In this document: one piece after another, positions 1 to 14,946 of the stretch
Numbering within the stretch: position 1 is the first letter of the stretch
Layout of the letters: every line of letters begins with the position of its first letter
From: the human T2T-CHM13v2.0 reference genome, Homo sapiens
Assembly (NCBI RefSeq): GCF_009914755.1
Contig: NC_060927.1
Strand: one strand, 5' to 3'
Length of the DNA: 64,000 nucleotides
Translations under genes and position numbers: made by a program
Notes under the pieces: generated by a model
Databases searched by the model: none
What the model saw: only the letters and a program-made list of their open reading frames with translations
What the model was told of the DNA's origin: nothing

Positions 1-208
1 GGAAAGGGGAAAGATTTTTCATCAAAAAGCTAGATAACTTTCCCTAAAAACGATTGCATTACCACAGATCCACAAAAATTACAGTAAGAATACCAAGCCA
101 CAAGCTATTTCTTTGTGAAGCTAATTTTAAACTACAGCCTTTCTTCTTCCCAATTGCAACACTTTTGGAGAGGTTTATGTATGCAATGTTAGCTTTATGT
201 AGGGAATA

Positions 209-849
209 TAGTCATTTCTTGTTATGTTCTATAAAGTCTCTGGAACACTGAGTTAACAAATACTGAACCTCCTTGGGAAAATACAGGGTTAGAATTCTGT
301 AAACCACTCTGGTCATAATATTTTTGTCAACCAATCAATATATAACCTTTTTGTATGTGTGTTTCTATTTAAAGACACCGTATTTAATATATATCGTTGA
401 ATCATTATCATTGAACTCATGCCGACAGAGGTGTAACTCTTGCCTGAACACAGTTTATCTAACACAGATATTTTCTCTCTGAGGTTCATCACAGCCTTCT
501 TGCCCTTAGGAGCACTAGATAGATGGTACTTATGTACTCTGTTTGGAGGCTATTTTAAACAGCAAAATCATCTGCATAGAGCACAAAAAATGAGAAAAAT
601 GTAGCATGAAATAGACCTTAAAAAGGACACTTGTTTACAGTATGAAATCTAAAACAAGAAGGCAGAGCATTGCCTTGTTTGACCTCAGCTGAGAATGTGC
701 ATATCAGGCAGCTCAAATTTTTTAGTGCTCTGCACATGTCGGCAAATGACCATGAAAGCACTGCAAGTATTGGCTTTAGGGTTGCAAAAAAGTTTTATTG
801 AGTAGGCAAATTTGCAAATACAGAATCTGGGAATAATGAAGAATGACTC
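209..849 (+). mobile_element. MER82 (Tigger-family non-autonomous DNA transposon), near full length
   Basis: Matches recalled MER82 consensus along its length (gttatgttctataaagtc...aaggacacttgtttacagtatga...gagtaggcaaatttgcaaatacagaatc...gaataatgaagaatgac); TA at both ends. Confidence 0.8.
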
Positions 850-1141
850 TACCACATATTTTGAAAGAGAATGATTTTGAAACGTGTTTGTATATAAGAC
901 CACTCTATGGAGGCTCTGAATTCTGGAAAGTAATTATATAATTTTAGAGTTGGATGAGATCTTAGGGGCCAGCTAGTCCAAACTCCCATAGCATGTAGAA
1001 ATTTCCTATAAAATATTTCTGAAGAATTTACATCAAATTTCGGTTTTAATGTTTACGATATTTACCGTGATTGGGACCTTACAAATTTCACAGGCATATT
1101 ACTACTTTGGCTGTTTTAATATAACATATAGGTTGCTTCTA

Positions 1142-1144
<3 letters not shown>

Positions 1145-1177
<33 letters not shown>
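1145..1177. repeat. (CT)n microsatellite abutting an Alu
   Basis: About 16 CT units read directly. Confidence 0.95.
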
Positions 1178-1181
<4 letters not shown>

Positions 1182-1426
1182 GCCCCAGGGTATAGTGTAG
1201 TGGTACAATCATAGCTCACTGTAACCTTGACTTAGTTGGCTTAAGCAATCCTCCTACCTTACACTCTAGAGTAGTTGGGACTACAGGTGTGCATCACCAC
1301 GCCCAGCTAATTATTTTTTTTTTGCCTTTTTATTTTTTGTAGAGATGAGGCCTTGCTATGTTGCTCAGGCTGGACTTGAACTCTTGGGCTCAAGCAATCC
1401 TCCCACTTCGGCCTCCCAAAGCACTG
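1178..1426 (-). mobile_element. AluJ, degraded
   Basis: atcatagctcactg...aagcaatcctcc...ttgctatgttgctcaggctgg...gggctcaagcaatcctccc are J-type motifs. Confidence 0.85.
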
Positions 1427-1759
1427 CTTCTATTCTTTTAAAGCTATAGAGAGCATAAGTCCTTGACTTTGTTCACAAAAAAAAACAGTCTTTTACTTAT
1501 TCCAAGGTTGCTAATATGCTGATACTTTTCTAAGTAAAATATCTTAAGATGACTTTTTAATACTAGTTTTATATGCCTTCATACAAATTGTTGAATAAAA
1601 AACTAAAAGATGAATAGGAGAGTCTCAATGTTCAAAGTTTTAAACCCATGATTGAATGCAACTCTTGGTTCAACATTCTGCATGTCAGTTTGCTGAAACA
1701 AATTCACTCTTGGTTGTTGTTTTTTTTAATGTAGTTGCTTTTTTCAAATACTTTTTTGA

Positions 1760-1880
1760 AACACACATACATTTTTGTATGTATGTGTTCGTGTGCATGT
1801 GTATATGTGTGTGCATGTGTATATACAGACACAAATACATATATGTGCCTATGTATGTACATTTGTATAGGTATATAATA
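1760..1880. repeat. TG/TA/CA low-complexity tract
   Basis: Degenerate gtgt/atat/acac runs. Confidence 0.7.
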
Positions 1881-2384
1881 TAACTTGATACTCATGATTA
1901 GCCACTCTGGTGACATTATCAATAAGAAAACAAAGTAAATGGCTTCACTGATGAAATTTCATTTTACAAGGGATTAACTCCATGATTTTGCTACATGTTA
2001 TAATCAATGCATTTCTCTTTACCTTCCACCTGTTACACAAAATGAGAAACATTGTGGATATTCTTTTTGTCACAATCAGATTAACCTAGATAACTTGTTC
2101 AGTTGTTGGGGTTTCAAAATTTAATTAACAAATTGAAGTGAATCAAAAAATATCTCTTCACGATGATCTGTTGAGATTTCTATGTCTTGTAACTGGCCAT
2201 TTGACATCCTCTCTGTCCCTTTCTCTCTCATCTCCTTTCTCTATTTAATTATTCACTTTCTCTAGAGATATTCATATTTTTGAAATTTTTTAGTTCATAT
2301 AAAAATATGTATTTTCTGTACCCTGATAATTCTATTTTTAATATTTTAGTTTAACTTAATTTATTGATCTATTTTATCTGTCCA

Positions 2385-2428
2385 TTATCTTTCTATCTAT
2401 CCATCTATCCATCCGTCTATCTATCTAC
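2385..2428. repeat. (TCTA/TCCA)n degenerate tetranucleotide repeat
   Basis: tctatctatccatctatccatccgtctatctatctac. Confidence 0.75.
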
Positions 2429-3796
2429 CCTTGTGTTCATGTACATATGTATAAATGTGTGTATATACTATGGTTATAACTGTAACAGTTTGCAATAACT
2501 TAAATACATGAAATTATTTTTTCAACAAAATCTTTTTTAAAAAATAATACAAAATAGGTTCAAAGATCAGAAAGGCAAGTGATATTTTTTGCTCACCTAG
2601 AGATGGTCATTTGTTAATCTCAATGTCTCTTTCCCATCTATACAGACAATACTATTTATCTTATAGAAACGTTTTAAAGATAAAAGAGTTAAGATTAATT
2701 ATACCATGGGATCAAAGATATGAAACGCCTTCTAAGAAGTGTTGTTGATACTCATAGTTTTATACAGGAAATGAATATTAAGTACCTTAAAACATTAATA
2801 TCTCTGAGACCTTTGAACTATTTTCTCTTTAAACATAATTTATTTTATGTAAAATTAAAAAAATAAACATGTATTCTTAATCCCACTCCTTCTTCAGCGA
2901 AGACACTCAGATTTCGAATAATTAAATGCCTTCAAATATGTGATTAATAGTTGCAGAGAAACTTAATTGAATCAAAACTGTTAAATATTTTGCTGGTACT
3001 CTAGCCAAGAAAATCTGGGGGTGTCTTCTGTGATTAACAGGCTTTTGTTAGGTAAACCCATATTTAAAAATTTTTATTCTACATTATGATGTTATATTAT
3101 GTTAGGACCACATTTTTTTTCTTAACATGATTTGCTCAATCTGATATTTACATTTAGTAGCAACATCATTTCTTAATATTTTTGGTGAAATTTTGTCCCA
3201 ATTACTGTCGATATCAATTGTTTCTGGCCATGTTCTTTGCTCCCTTTTCCTCTGTTTATGCTATATGGTTATTTTGTTTTTTCCCCAGAAATATTTCTCC
3301 TTCTTTACTTTTGTGGTGTCTTACTGTTATGCCCCTTGGTGTTTTCCAAGGTTGCATCTCTTGCTGTGCACTGTCACATGCATTTCTCTTTGTGAGCGAC
3401 AGCAAAAAGAATTTTCTACATCCTTAGTTTTGTTAAAGTCAGTGTTATGAAGATCAGAATTGGAGTCTGTTTCACTTTATTACCCATCACAATCAGAAGC
3501 AAAAATACTGTAAAGGCATACAGATTCATTCAAAGGAAGCATTGACTGACAAATTCTCAGATGTCTTTCAACTATGGATTACTTAGAAAACAACTTGCTA
3601 GAGTAAATAATTATTATTTTTTTGTCTTTCCTTTTTATTATTTTCAGCCTAGGCTTTCTAACAACTAGCTGGTGAATATGGTAAAGTTGAAAGTGTCATT
3701 ATCATTTGTTAATCTGGGTAGCTCTTTTACCATCTCCACAGACAAACATGTAGAGTCATTGAGCAGAATTTACAAGAAATGCCTTTTACCTGGCTT

Positions 3797-4125
3797 TCCT
3801 TTTCTTTCTTTTTTTCTTTGTTTCTTTTTATTAGAGACAGGGTCTTGCTCTGTTGCTCAGGATGGAGTGCTATGGTGTGATCACAGCTCACTATAGCCTT
3901 GAACTCTTGGGTTCAAGTGATCCTCCCACCTCAGCCTCCCAAATAGTCAAGACTGCAGGCAAGTGCCACCATGTCCAGCCAATTTTATTTTACTACTTTT
4001 TCATAATAGAGATGGGGGTCTCTGTTTCCTGCCCAGGCTTGTCTCAAACTCCTGGCCTCAAGCAATCCTTCTGCCTCAGCCTCTCAAAGTGCTGGGATTA
4101 CAGGCATGAGCTACCTCACCTGGCC
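3797..4125 (-). mobile_element. AluJ
   Basis: T-rich tail, gagacagggtcttgctctgttg...gatcacagctcact...ggcctcaagcaatcct...tggcc. Confidence 0.9.
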
Positions 4126-5384
4126 GTATCCTTTGAGAATCTCCATCCACACAAGGATGCGCTTGTTATCCTAAACTAGAAGTAGCTAGAGATAAAAGGC
4201 CAAATACTAAAAATAGTGGTCTATTTTTCTATTAAAATAATTTCTTTCCATTCTCAAATTTTTAAGCCTCAGATTACAAAGTATGGAATTCCATGATTTA
4301 TAAGAGTTAAAGAAAACCTACTTCAGATTGTTACTTGTTAAGTAAATAATACATTTTGCTACAATTGTCTATGGTTACCTTGATTTTTCAAAGATGAGAT
4401 TGTTTAAAAAAATCTTATATTTTTAGGACTAGAAATTCTATGAAAAAGCTAGAAAAGTAACTGAAAGCATTATATTAAATGGCTAAAATAGAAAATTTAC
4501 CATATTTGGTGAAAGATAGGGATCAAACAGCAAAGTGGAATCTATTTTTGGAAGCAGTCTTTTGTTGCAATCTGTTGGCAGCAAGAGTTAGCCAGTTTTA
4601 TTATTACCAATCTGTTACAAATATGACTACTTAAGACTACTTAAACCAAAAAAATAAAATTTTGTGAACTTGCTGCTATGATGTACACATTTCTACAGAG
4701 TATTGTGCAATAAGAAAGGATTCCCAGGCAACTCTTTAGTGTATTATACAAATAAGTCTTACCTTACTATTGAAAACTTTGTAAAGAAAAAATGATAATG
4801 AAAACCCTATTTTTAAAGTATTAGTCCTGGAAAGGGGATGGAAATTTATGTATTTACAATTTTATTACTTAACTTATGGCCTTGAAATAGATGGTTTAAT
4901 TTGCCTCTGTATGTGTGTCTTCTCATCTGTAAAATGTTGATAAGAAGCTAATTTAAATTTGTAAACTGTAATTATAGCTTCAAAATTATAAAAATAGAAG
5001 TCTCTAGTAACCCTATTGATAGTATTTGCAGGTAGGGTAAAATGTTTTTTCGGTTCACAAACTTTTTAAGAGGCTGTTGAGCTGCCAGTTTTTCTTCCAC
5101 AAAATTGTGTTGTGGTAAAACAATATCTTACATGATTAAATTGTTGATTGCTGATAATAATGACAAAGTTAGAAGTTTTGATTTAGCTGGCCATTGTTTT
5201 TTATTTAATTTTTTTATTAATTATGTAAACTATTTCAAATTCTGGTTGTAGAAGAGGGAAAGCAACGAAGCGTTTGCTGGTTAACACATACATAACACAA
5301 ATATCTTTTTCTCATTCTACACATCTGTTCGAGTATTATTTTCCACTATTCTCTTATGGCCACACCTAAGCTGACTCAGCATTC

Positions 5385-6060
5385 TTTGTTCATTCAATAT
5401 TCACAAAGTACTTTTTTTGTTTTAAGCACTTAGAAGATGTAAATGCAAAATAAGATAAGGCCCTTGTTCTCAAGACACTTCCCTTTTAAATAAGTCATTT
5501 AGAAAAGTAAATAAGCAATTCTACTGTAAAGTCATACTGCCATGCTAGGGATAAAACACAGGGTGCTTCTGAGGCATGTATGTGAGATGCCTAACTGAGA
5601 TTCTGGGTAGGGATAAATGAAATACATTTTCTTGGTAGACCAATATCTGAGCTGGTGATTTGAAGGAGTGATCTTTCAGCCAGACAAAGTTTGAAGAAGT
5701 GGGCACCCTACTTAAAGGCCCCGAAGCAGGAGAAGAATTTCAGGTAGTCAGCTGAATTCAAAATTTGATCTATCTCATGAATATCATTTTAAGCCATGTT
5801 AAGTAGTTTGATTTTATTTTAATGTATATGGGATAGTGTTCATGGATTTTAAGCAGTTATAAGACCTCCATGATCATCCATTTTGTCTTTTCAAAAGCTT
5901 TGTCTGGCAGCAATATGGACTGAATACAGTGGCAAATACTGATGTCCAGAAAAGGAAGAGAATGTGATGGCTCGGCACATCCAAGTTGCAATAACTAATG
6001 GCAGTTGACTGCTCTGTTCTGAAGCTCAAAAGAACTGTCAGTCTAATATCATGAGAAACA
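5385..6060 (-). mobile_element. L2 LINE 3' fragment, old
   Basis: ttcattcaa...taagataaggcccttgttctcaag...atctgagctgg...tgaagga...ggattttaagcag resemble antisense L2. Confidence 0.55.
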
Positions 6061-6185
6061 ACCTTTAATATCAGTGGTAAATTTATAGCCCCTCCAATGA
6101 GTAGCTGGGCTACTTATATTCCAATGCCCTTGGTAAATAGCAATAATAGGACATCTAACTTGTACCACTCTCTCAGATTCTGGAG

Positions 6186-6392
6186 TAGCATTTGGCAAAC
6201 TTTTCCTTAAGGGGTCACTTCATAAATATTTCAGGCATTCTAGCCTTATAATCTCTATTTCAGCCATTCAGCACTGCTACTTTAGCAGGAAAACAGCCAC
6301 AAATAATGTGTAAAATGATGGGTGTAGCTGTGTTCCAATAAAACTTATTTATAAAAAGAGGCAGTGGACCTCTGGCTGTAGTTTGCCTCATG
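6186..6392 (-). mobile_element. MER58A (hAT-Charlie MITE)
   Basis: ttggcaaacttttcc...gctgtgttccaataaaacttatttataaaa...gtagtttgcc. Confidence 0.8.
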
Positions 6393-8305
6393 GATCATGG
6401 CTAATGGAATTAAAACTGCATGGTACATCAGCTTCACTACATTCAGTGGACAGAGTGGACCTTTGACTTTACTACATATGCTGATTGGAAAAAAAATTCA
6501 TCCTAGTTTCTTTATTTTGTATTATTATTTTATACTATGGGTCACAGACAGAGGACCAAACTTCAGGGCAGATAAATAAGGAAAAATCCACTAGACAATT
6601 AAAATAACAGTATTTTGTGCATTCATAATGATGAGCCATTAGCACTGTCTGTGAATAGAACGTGCAGAGATGGAATAACGTGAGTTGTTTTACCAAGAAG
6701 CAGATGGTTCTAAGATCTGATAAAAAAAAAAATACAGTTTTTTTTTCTTTTATACATCTGATTTTCACTGACCTGATTTGGATTAGGCCCCAGATGTGGG
6801 CACTCTTGTTATTTTTCTGTCTTTCTTAATGGAATTGTGTGTGTTGTATTTTTCAATTACCAACTCTGAGGAGTTTAGCAATGAATTTTTAATTTCTCAA
6901 CTTAAAGTGGGATTCAATTATGATTTTTCCATTAAACATCTTTTCTTATGGGATTTTAACTGAGTGGGAGTCTAATATTAATTCTAATTGCAGCTTTATT
7001 AATAAATAAGAGAGAGAATGCTCTCCTACTACTATGTATAGATGTACGGCCAGCAGAAGTAACTGCAGACAGTCACAGGGAAAGAGATGCTTTTAAGGCT
7101 TTACTGTACACAGACACAAACAATGTGGCCTAGCTGGATAGCTGTGAAATCAAAGCAGCCAGCAGATCAACATTGCATGCAGCTTTATGGAGTACTCTCT
7201 GCTTAAAAACAAACTTAGAGCTGACTCTGAGCCCAAAAGAGTTATGAACAGAGACAAGCCTTAGAGAAGGGGGCTGAAGATTATAATCAAAGGGCATAAT
7301 TTGTGTGTACCCAGCAGGGAAATCACTTTGGGAAGTAGATTGGCTGTTTGAGCCACACAACCTTAGATCACATTCACTGTCAGAGAGACTGTCTACAAAC
7401 CTGGAGGAAAACATTAAGATAGTTCCTCTTCTCCTAGCAGCATGTGAAATAAATAAATAAATAAATAAAAGGTTAGAAATATTTTCTTTGAATCACAATT
7501 AAACATATGACTTATTCTAGTTTGGAGAAACATTGAAATTACTTGGAAGTCTAACTTTCTAGAATGCAATTCTTATACCTAGGTCTCTGGCTGGAACTTC
7601 ATGCTAAATGCCGGGAAACATGGTCAAGGATAAAAATGCATGCCTGGTTTGATTATCCTCAGTTTGATTATCTTTCTTGTAGGGTAGCAACAATATTTAC
7701 TGAATGCCAAGCTAATATGTACACTTTGAAATATATAATCTCATTTTCACCACTATATTTCAAGGTCCATATTAATGAATTATTAATAATTTTAAGAGCC
7801 CGTTGTAATAATATCAAACTTAAAAGATAAAATATAAAAAAAATCACCCATGCCTCTGTTTTAATTTGTCTACTTTCTTTAAATTCTTATGTCCTATAGT
7901 GTCTCTGAAATTGGCAAACTAATTTCTCTTGCAACATCTTGACCATTATACATTCGTGCATTGATTATCCCTTAGGGTATTTTCCATCTGCCAATTAATG
8001 TCCAATAAAATGTTGCTTAGATTTAAAAGCTTAATCAAATTAATTCTTACTATATATTTACAGTGTATTTAGAGCAACCTATATATTAAAGTTATTGAAA
8101 TTATTTGTTTTCTTCAGAGAGCTATCTCTTTTGGAGGTAAAAAGGACATAAAATATTAAGAAATAAGGAAAAATATTGATTAAAATACTTTTAGTTGTTA
8201 GAATTTTAATTATTTAGAAAAAATTCTCGAATCAGGTAGTATTCAAGCTTGTAGTGATGCAAAGATTAATATGGCAGTCTATCTTATTTAAGAATTTACA
8301 GTCTA

Positions 8306-8511
8306 GTGTGAGGTCAGCAATTTTTTCTGTACAGGGAAAAATAGTGAATATTTCAAAATTGTGAAACAAAGAGTCTCTGTGGCAACTACTCATTGTTGCA
8401 TAACAGACAATATGCAAACAAATGAGTGTGTCTGTGTTCCAATAAAACTGTATTTACAAAAGCAGAAGGCCACCCATGTGCCAATGTCCAAAGTTTCTCA
8501 ACCAACCCCTG
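8306..8511 (-). mobile_element. MER58A (hAT-Charlie MITE)
   Basis: ggtcagcaattttttctgta...gtctctgtggcaactactca...ctgtgttccaataaaactgtatttacaaaa...aacccctg. Confidence 0.8.
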
Positions 8512-10399
8512 GTCTAGTAGGTAATAAAGGCATACAAAGAAATTATTAAATTTAATTGTGATAGTAATAAAGTAAAGACGTCCAAAGGATGCAGAGTTTA
8601 ACTCCGAGAGAATGCTTTAACAGAAGTCACCATTTTAAATAGATACTAAAAATAATGTGTAGTGATTAGTTAGCTTGAGAAACGCAAATGAAGAGTTCTG
8701 AACACAAACACAAAAAATACCACAATGCGTTTACTGTGGCTTTTGAATCTGAGATTGAATCATAGTTTGTGTGCCTGTAGAGGAGGCTGGCAATTCTGTT
8801 ATTGCCTCATACAGATTCTTAATGAATTTGGTAATTATTGAGTAGCCATTAGTGATGTTAATTTCGAGGGAGTGAGATGACAAATCTGTGTTAGAAAATC
8901 ACTTCTGTTAAGAACTGGAAAACGAAAGTCTTGGAGGCAGTCATTACTCTAGTTGGCCTTGTCAGAAAAGCTAATGACATGCAGAATTTCTAGGAATTTG
9001 AGAGTAGAATTGGATGGTCCAGGAAGAGTTCATAATTCATAAATATTCCTATATGCCTATCTTTCTGAAAGGACTAACTGAGTCTGGCAAGAATCAATGC
9101 CTCAGAGAGCAGTTGGCTCAACTACCTAAAACACTGCCATTGGCTCATGAAAATTATGTCTGCAGTTGGCACCAACTCCAGTCTACTTCTGTTAGTTTTC
9201 AAATGGTGGAGTGAGAGAGAGGACCTCGTAATCTATTTATAGCTAACTATCGATATGTGATTTTTTTCTATGACTTTTTGTATATATAATACAAAGTTTT
9301 ATAAATTTTGCTTTTGTCTTATCTTGAAAACTTAGATGTGAAGGAAGAGCACATTCACTTTATTCCCAGTCAGAAGTGGTCTCATTTGATGGTAATACAC
9401 CCATTCAATTTTCAGTTGCATGTTGAATTACCTTACATTGTATGTTAACTTCCCATGGCCTGGTGCAAATTGTGAGGGCGCTTTAGTTAAACCATAAACC
9501 ATGGCTACTTACTCATGGACTCTCGCTTGACAAGATTGTAAACTTCACTGGAAAGTCCTGAGGTTCTACTTTTTATTTTAAAAGTGAGGGAAAAAATATA
9601 GGGAAGTAGGAACGGAGAAGAGACAGAAGTAGAAATCAATGAGGTTTCTACTCAAAAACAAAAATTAGAAAAAAAAATTGATTTCAGAAGTGGAAAAATG
9701 AAGCAGACGGAATTAAAGAAAATTGAGGGATCAGATACATGTGATGATATAAGAAACATATATAAAGAGTCATATATATATATAATTTATATGGCCTTGC
9801 ATACATGGCATGTCATGTTTTAGTTATCGTTTTTCTCAAAAGTACAAAGAAAGGTAGACTTGTAGCTCATGTTTTCCATCTCTAGACTTTTAGAATGAAG
9901 GTGAGCCTAAATGACGGATACTAAATGAAATCTTTAGTTTGCATTTTAGAGAAAGCATAGCAAGAAAAAGAACAAAAGTGAGGATCAGGGAAAAGTGAAT
10001 ATAAAGGTACTGAAATTTGTTCTTGGGATTGCCATAGTTCTGGTTTTCATTGTTTGTATAAATGTTCCTAGTGTATGTATAGTGAGAGATGTCTGCGCAG
10101 CCAGATGTCAGGAACATTTTAGAGCAGGGCTTGTTCACAGCTTGTGGATCCCTGGGGAAGTTGAGAATGAATGGACCTAAACTTTTTCTCTCAATATTTG
10201 GCATTTCTTCTAGCATATGATGCTTGTCTTGTCTGATATTTTAATTCCTCCCTGCAAATTCAGAGACATTAAAGATAGAAGTGGCTTCAAAAGATTAATA
10301 GAGAATAATATATAAAAGTTATCAGAGTGATAAATATGAGTGGAAGATAGAAATTAAAATATACAGGTAATTTGGTGGATCTGTTCAAGTTACAGCTCA

Positions 10400-10530
10400 C
10401 GAGTTGAAAGTCCTTAGTTCTAATTTCAGAATTACAACTAGCTAAATGGGTATCTTTGGATAACTCACTTAACTTCTCTGTTCCTCATATGTAAAATAGA
10501 AAGAATGGACCAAATTACATTGATTCCAAT
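10400..10530 (+). mobile_element. MIR fragment
   Basis: tcacttaacttctctgttcctcatatgtaaaatag resembles the MIR core. Confidence 0.55.
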
Positions 10531-10613
10531 TACCTATATTATTGCATTTTTGAATAAATACCAATTCTTGATCCTTGGTAATATCTAATTTAATTTTTGA
10601 AAATATGTAGTTT

Positions 10614-10926
<313 letters not shown>

Positions 10927-11800
10927 ATTTTAAAAAATAAATAAAATTTGTTGTAAGCTAAATAAGATAAAGGATATTATATACGTTATTTCAACTCCCA
11001 AAATGTCATAAAGTGAGCTGTTCACTATAGACAAAAGTAAACTAACTTAGAGTTACTTTTTTTTGCAAAATCCACTAATCATATTCATGAATAGAGAATA
11101 CCCCAATAAAGATTTTGAAGGAAATAATTGAAAGCCTTTTTCAAAATGCAAACATCTGGAAACAATGGTATAGGGTTGTAGAAAGTGGAGTAATGGGAAG
11201 AATTTTTATTAATGCAACCCAAGATCCAAATTGCCACATCAGAGTTCAATGATAGTCACCTCTCTTGAAAAAGAACATAAATTACAAAACATGGAGATAG
11301 CACAAAAACTATTAAACCAATCTCACAAGACAAGAGAACTGAAACCTAAAAGGATATTTGATACCGTAATTAGAATGTATAAATAGTCCAGGAATACCAA
11401 AGTCTTGTATTTTATTGCGCACAGATGCTAGCACTATAAAATGAACAGAATAACTTAAGCCACCTCAAAACATGTCAAGGGCTAAGAGCACTTCTACCTA
11501 TAATATTCCATAATTCTATTACTGACTTTGAAGCTGAAATAAAATAAACTTGTAACTCCTGATTCCAAGCACTTAGAATTCTTCCAATCCCTGGCATTAA
11601 GTTTCCCTTTAAGATCAAAAAACAAAAACAAAAAACAAATCTTTGCTACATCTTAAAGACTTCTTGCCTGGGCTTTACTTAAACCTGTCCTTGTTACTCC
11701 CCTCCTATGGCAGGTATTATGTCATATGCGCCTTAGGTGATTTTTTTTTTCTCCTAAATGTACTAGCTAATTTATATTGCAATATATATTGTGATAATAA

Positions 11801-12181
<381 letters not shown>

Positions 12182-12667
12182 TGTTTATGTCTTTTTTTTG
12201 TTGTTATTGTTGGCACTTTTATTTTGACTTATAGTATAGTTTTCAATCCGCTTGATTTGTCGATCATTATGATCTCTAAGATGTGTATATCTACTCATCT
12301 CTTTGTTCCCTGCACATTTAGCAGAGTGTGTTATTCAAACTACATATTCATATTTATTTAGATAGGGTGTCCAGCTACAATTGGCTTGTAGACAGATTTT
12401 GATAGAAAATTTTTACTGCACAAATTTCAGAATTAATTATAGGACACAAGTTTATTGAGTGTGAAATCACAGATGCAACAAAAATAATTTTATAATTTTC
12501 TAAAAATGAACATAGCAATTCCATGCTGTGTGTAGAATTTAGTAATTTATTTTTGAAGTAAGATATGCAGAAAAGAAAACAAAAACTAAACATTGTGTTT
12601 GTTTTCCAATGAGTCAGTAGAATTTAGCAATCTTTTATCAAAAGAAGAGGGAATTTTATGTTTAAAA

Positions 12668-12913
12668 CCTTTTGGGGGCCAACACAGGAGGATCGCTCGA
12701 GCTCAGCCTGGGCAACACAGGGAGACCCCACCTCTACAATTTTTTTTTTTTAAGTTAGCCAGGCAGATATAGTGGAACATACCTGTGGTCTCAACTACTT
12801 GGATGGCTGAGGCAGGAGGATTACTTGATCCCAGGAGTGGCTGCATGCCACTGCACTACAACCGGGGTTACAAAGAAAGACCCTGTCTCAAAAAATAAAT
12901 AAATAAAATAAAA
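12668..12913 (+). mobile_element. AluJ, 5'-truncated with internal deletions
   Basis: ggaggatcgctcgagctcagcctgggcaac...ggctgaggcaggaggattacttga...accctgtctcaaaaaataaat. Confidence 0.85.
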
Positions 12914-14792
12914 CTTAAGATATGTATGAAACCATGACATGTGCCTGCTGTTTTGAATGAAAATACCGTTTATATTTAGAATATAGTTAAGTAAAAAAAT
13001 ACTAAATTATGACTAAACTACCAATTCCACACTTTATTTAAACTACTAAACAGAAGAGTTTAGCCATTGAGATATAATGGCGAAGGGCCTGGTTTTTTTT
13101 TTTTCTTTCATATTTTAAAGGGAGAAATAAAAAACTGATTTTTCAGTAAAAATTATGGGTAGTTTTGATGAAAAAAAATGAGCTCATGCTCCTCTATCTT
13201 TGTTACAGGCAGCTTTTAAAAATGGTGGTAGTTGATGGGTACTTTGGCTCTGATGGCATTAATGGTGTATCTCATGCAGTAAACTTGAAAGCTTTTCCAG
13301 GTTGCTCATCCTATATTCCAACTTTTTGCAAAATGCTTTTTTTTTTTTTCCTTAGCACTTAAAATGCTGTGTAAATGCTGCATTTCCAATACAGCCTAAT
13401 GTTTATTTCTAAAATATTTACTATCAATTGTTCATATTTTTTTCAGCCCCTTAAGACTTTTATTTTTCACAGTGCAAAATAGCATATATGACATTTAAAT
13501 ATATGTATATATTTATAATATATTATTTATTTACAACATGCAAGAGATTCATGTTTAATTATTTAAAATAGGAGACAACATGAAACAATGAACAATATTA
13601 AAATAATTCACTTTGTGTTCAGTAATAAGATAACACATAACCATTTAAACATTTTATATGCATCTTCATAAAGTACAAAAAGAAAATATAAAGTCCAGCT
13701 TTCTGCTAATGAAGATATTCCATATTTATAGGAAAATAACAATATTATATATAATGAATTCAGTTATAATTTATTTCTATATTATAGAAATTATAAATCA
13801 TTGGATATTGACCTTATTAATAAAATCCTAGTATCATAGTATCATTTTGATTGATGGAGCCAATTATCTGCATTGCTACAGGACAAAAAAAGTACCAGGA
13901 TTCATTTATTTGATATATAGTATGCATTTGCTCTGTTTTCCATTGATGTTTTACTAGTAAGAATACCAAATTTTGGAGATATCAAAAAAGTCAAAATTAA
14001 AACTAAAGTGCTTTTAAATTACCTGAAGTCTTTTTTAAGCATTGATATATTAATGAATGTGTTGCAATGTTAACTTACACATAACACTTATTAATAAATG
14101 ACATTTTTTCATTTGATGATATGACCCACTCAGAAGATTCTGTAATTTGCACTGGAAATTAAAAAAAAAAAAAAAATACCAAATTATGGAGAAGGAAAAC
14201 TAGTCTTTCTTTAGCCTGTAGCAAATCCAAACACTGGTTTCAAGAAAACACAAGAAAGAGATCTAGGAAGAAAAATCTATTTTATCTTTTTTGTATGACC
14301 TATAGTTCTCTCCTGCTATGCTCAAGCAGCTGTTGAAAATTATTTATTTCTGATCTTCACCTAGGCATTAAAACTTACCTGAGATCTATTTTGAGAAACA
14401 GTAGAGTAAATTGAATCAAATACTTAAAACATTTTATTTTAAAGGAAAAGAAAAATATCCCAAAGATGTTATGGTTTTATGAGATCTAAGGAGAAATCAA
14501 ATCTTTAGAGGTAAGGGGTTGTAAGCACTTTTAATAAATAGAATACAAATTCTTGTGGCATAAATGTTTATTTTGAGGATACTGTATTTCATTAATGTAG
14601 TCAATAACAATTGTAGCTAACAAAATCCTTTAAAGATATGAATTACTAATTTCATTATAAATATGGTTAATGGTAAAATTTCTATGTAGCTATGTATTGT
14701 TACCTGTTGTTGAATAACTAAATATATTAGTCCCTCCTTGTCCCATGGTTTCAGTTATTCATGGTCAACTACGGTCCAAAAATAAGTATATA

Positions 14793-14946
14793 TATATATA
14801 ATATTGTACTGAGGGCAGTAGTAATTAATTTTAATTATAATTAATTAATATTAATATAATATTGTACTGAGGACAATATTAATATTAATTATAATTAATT
14901 AATATTAATATATTATTGTACTGTCCTCAGTACAATATTATATATA
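14793..14946. repeat. AT-rich inverted-repeat complex (perfect 22-bp arms 14854-14875 / 14922-14943)
   Basis: atataatattgtactgaggaca is the exact reverse complement of tgtcctcagtacaatattatat; a second left arm lies at 14793-14820. Confidence 0.95.

Noticed and set aside
3630-8140. Micro-exon candidates at 3648-3671 and 8118-8136
   Set aside because: Good acceptors but weak donors (gtgaat, gtaaaa); expected by chance.
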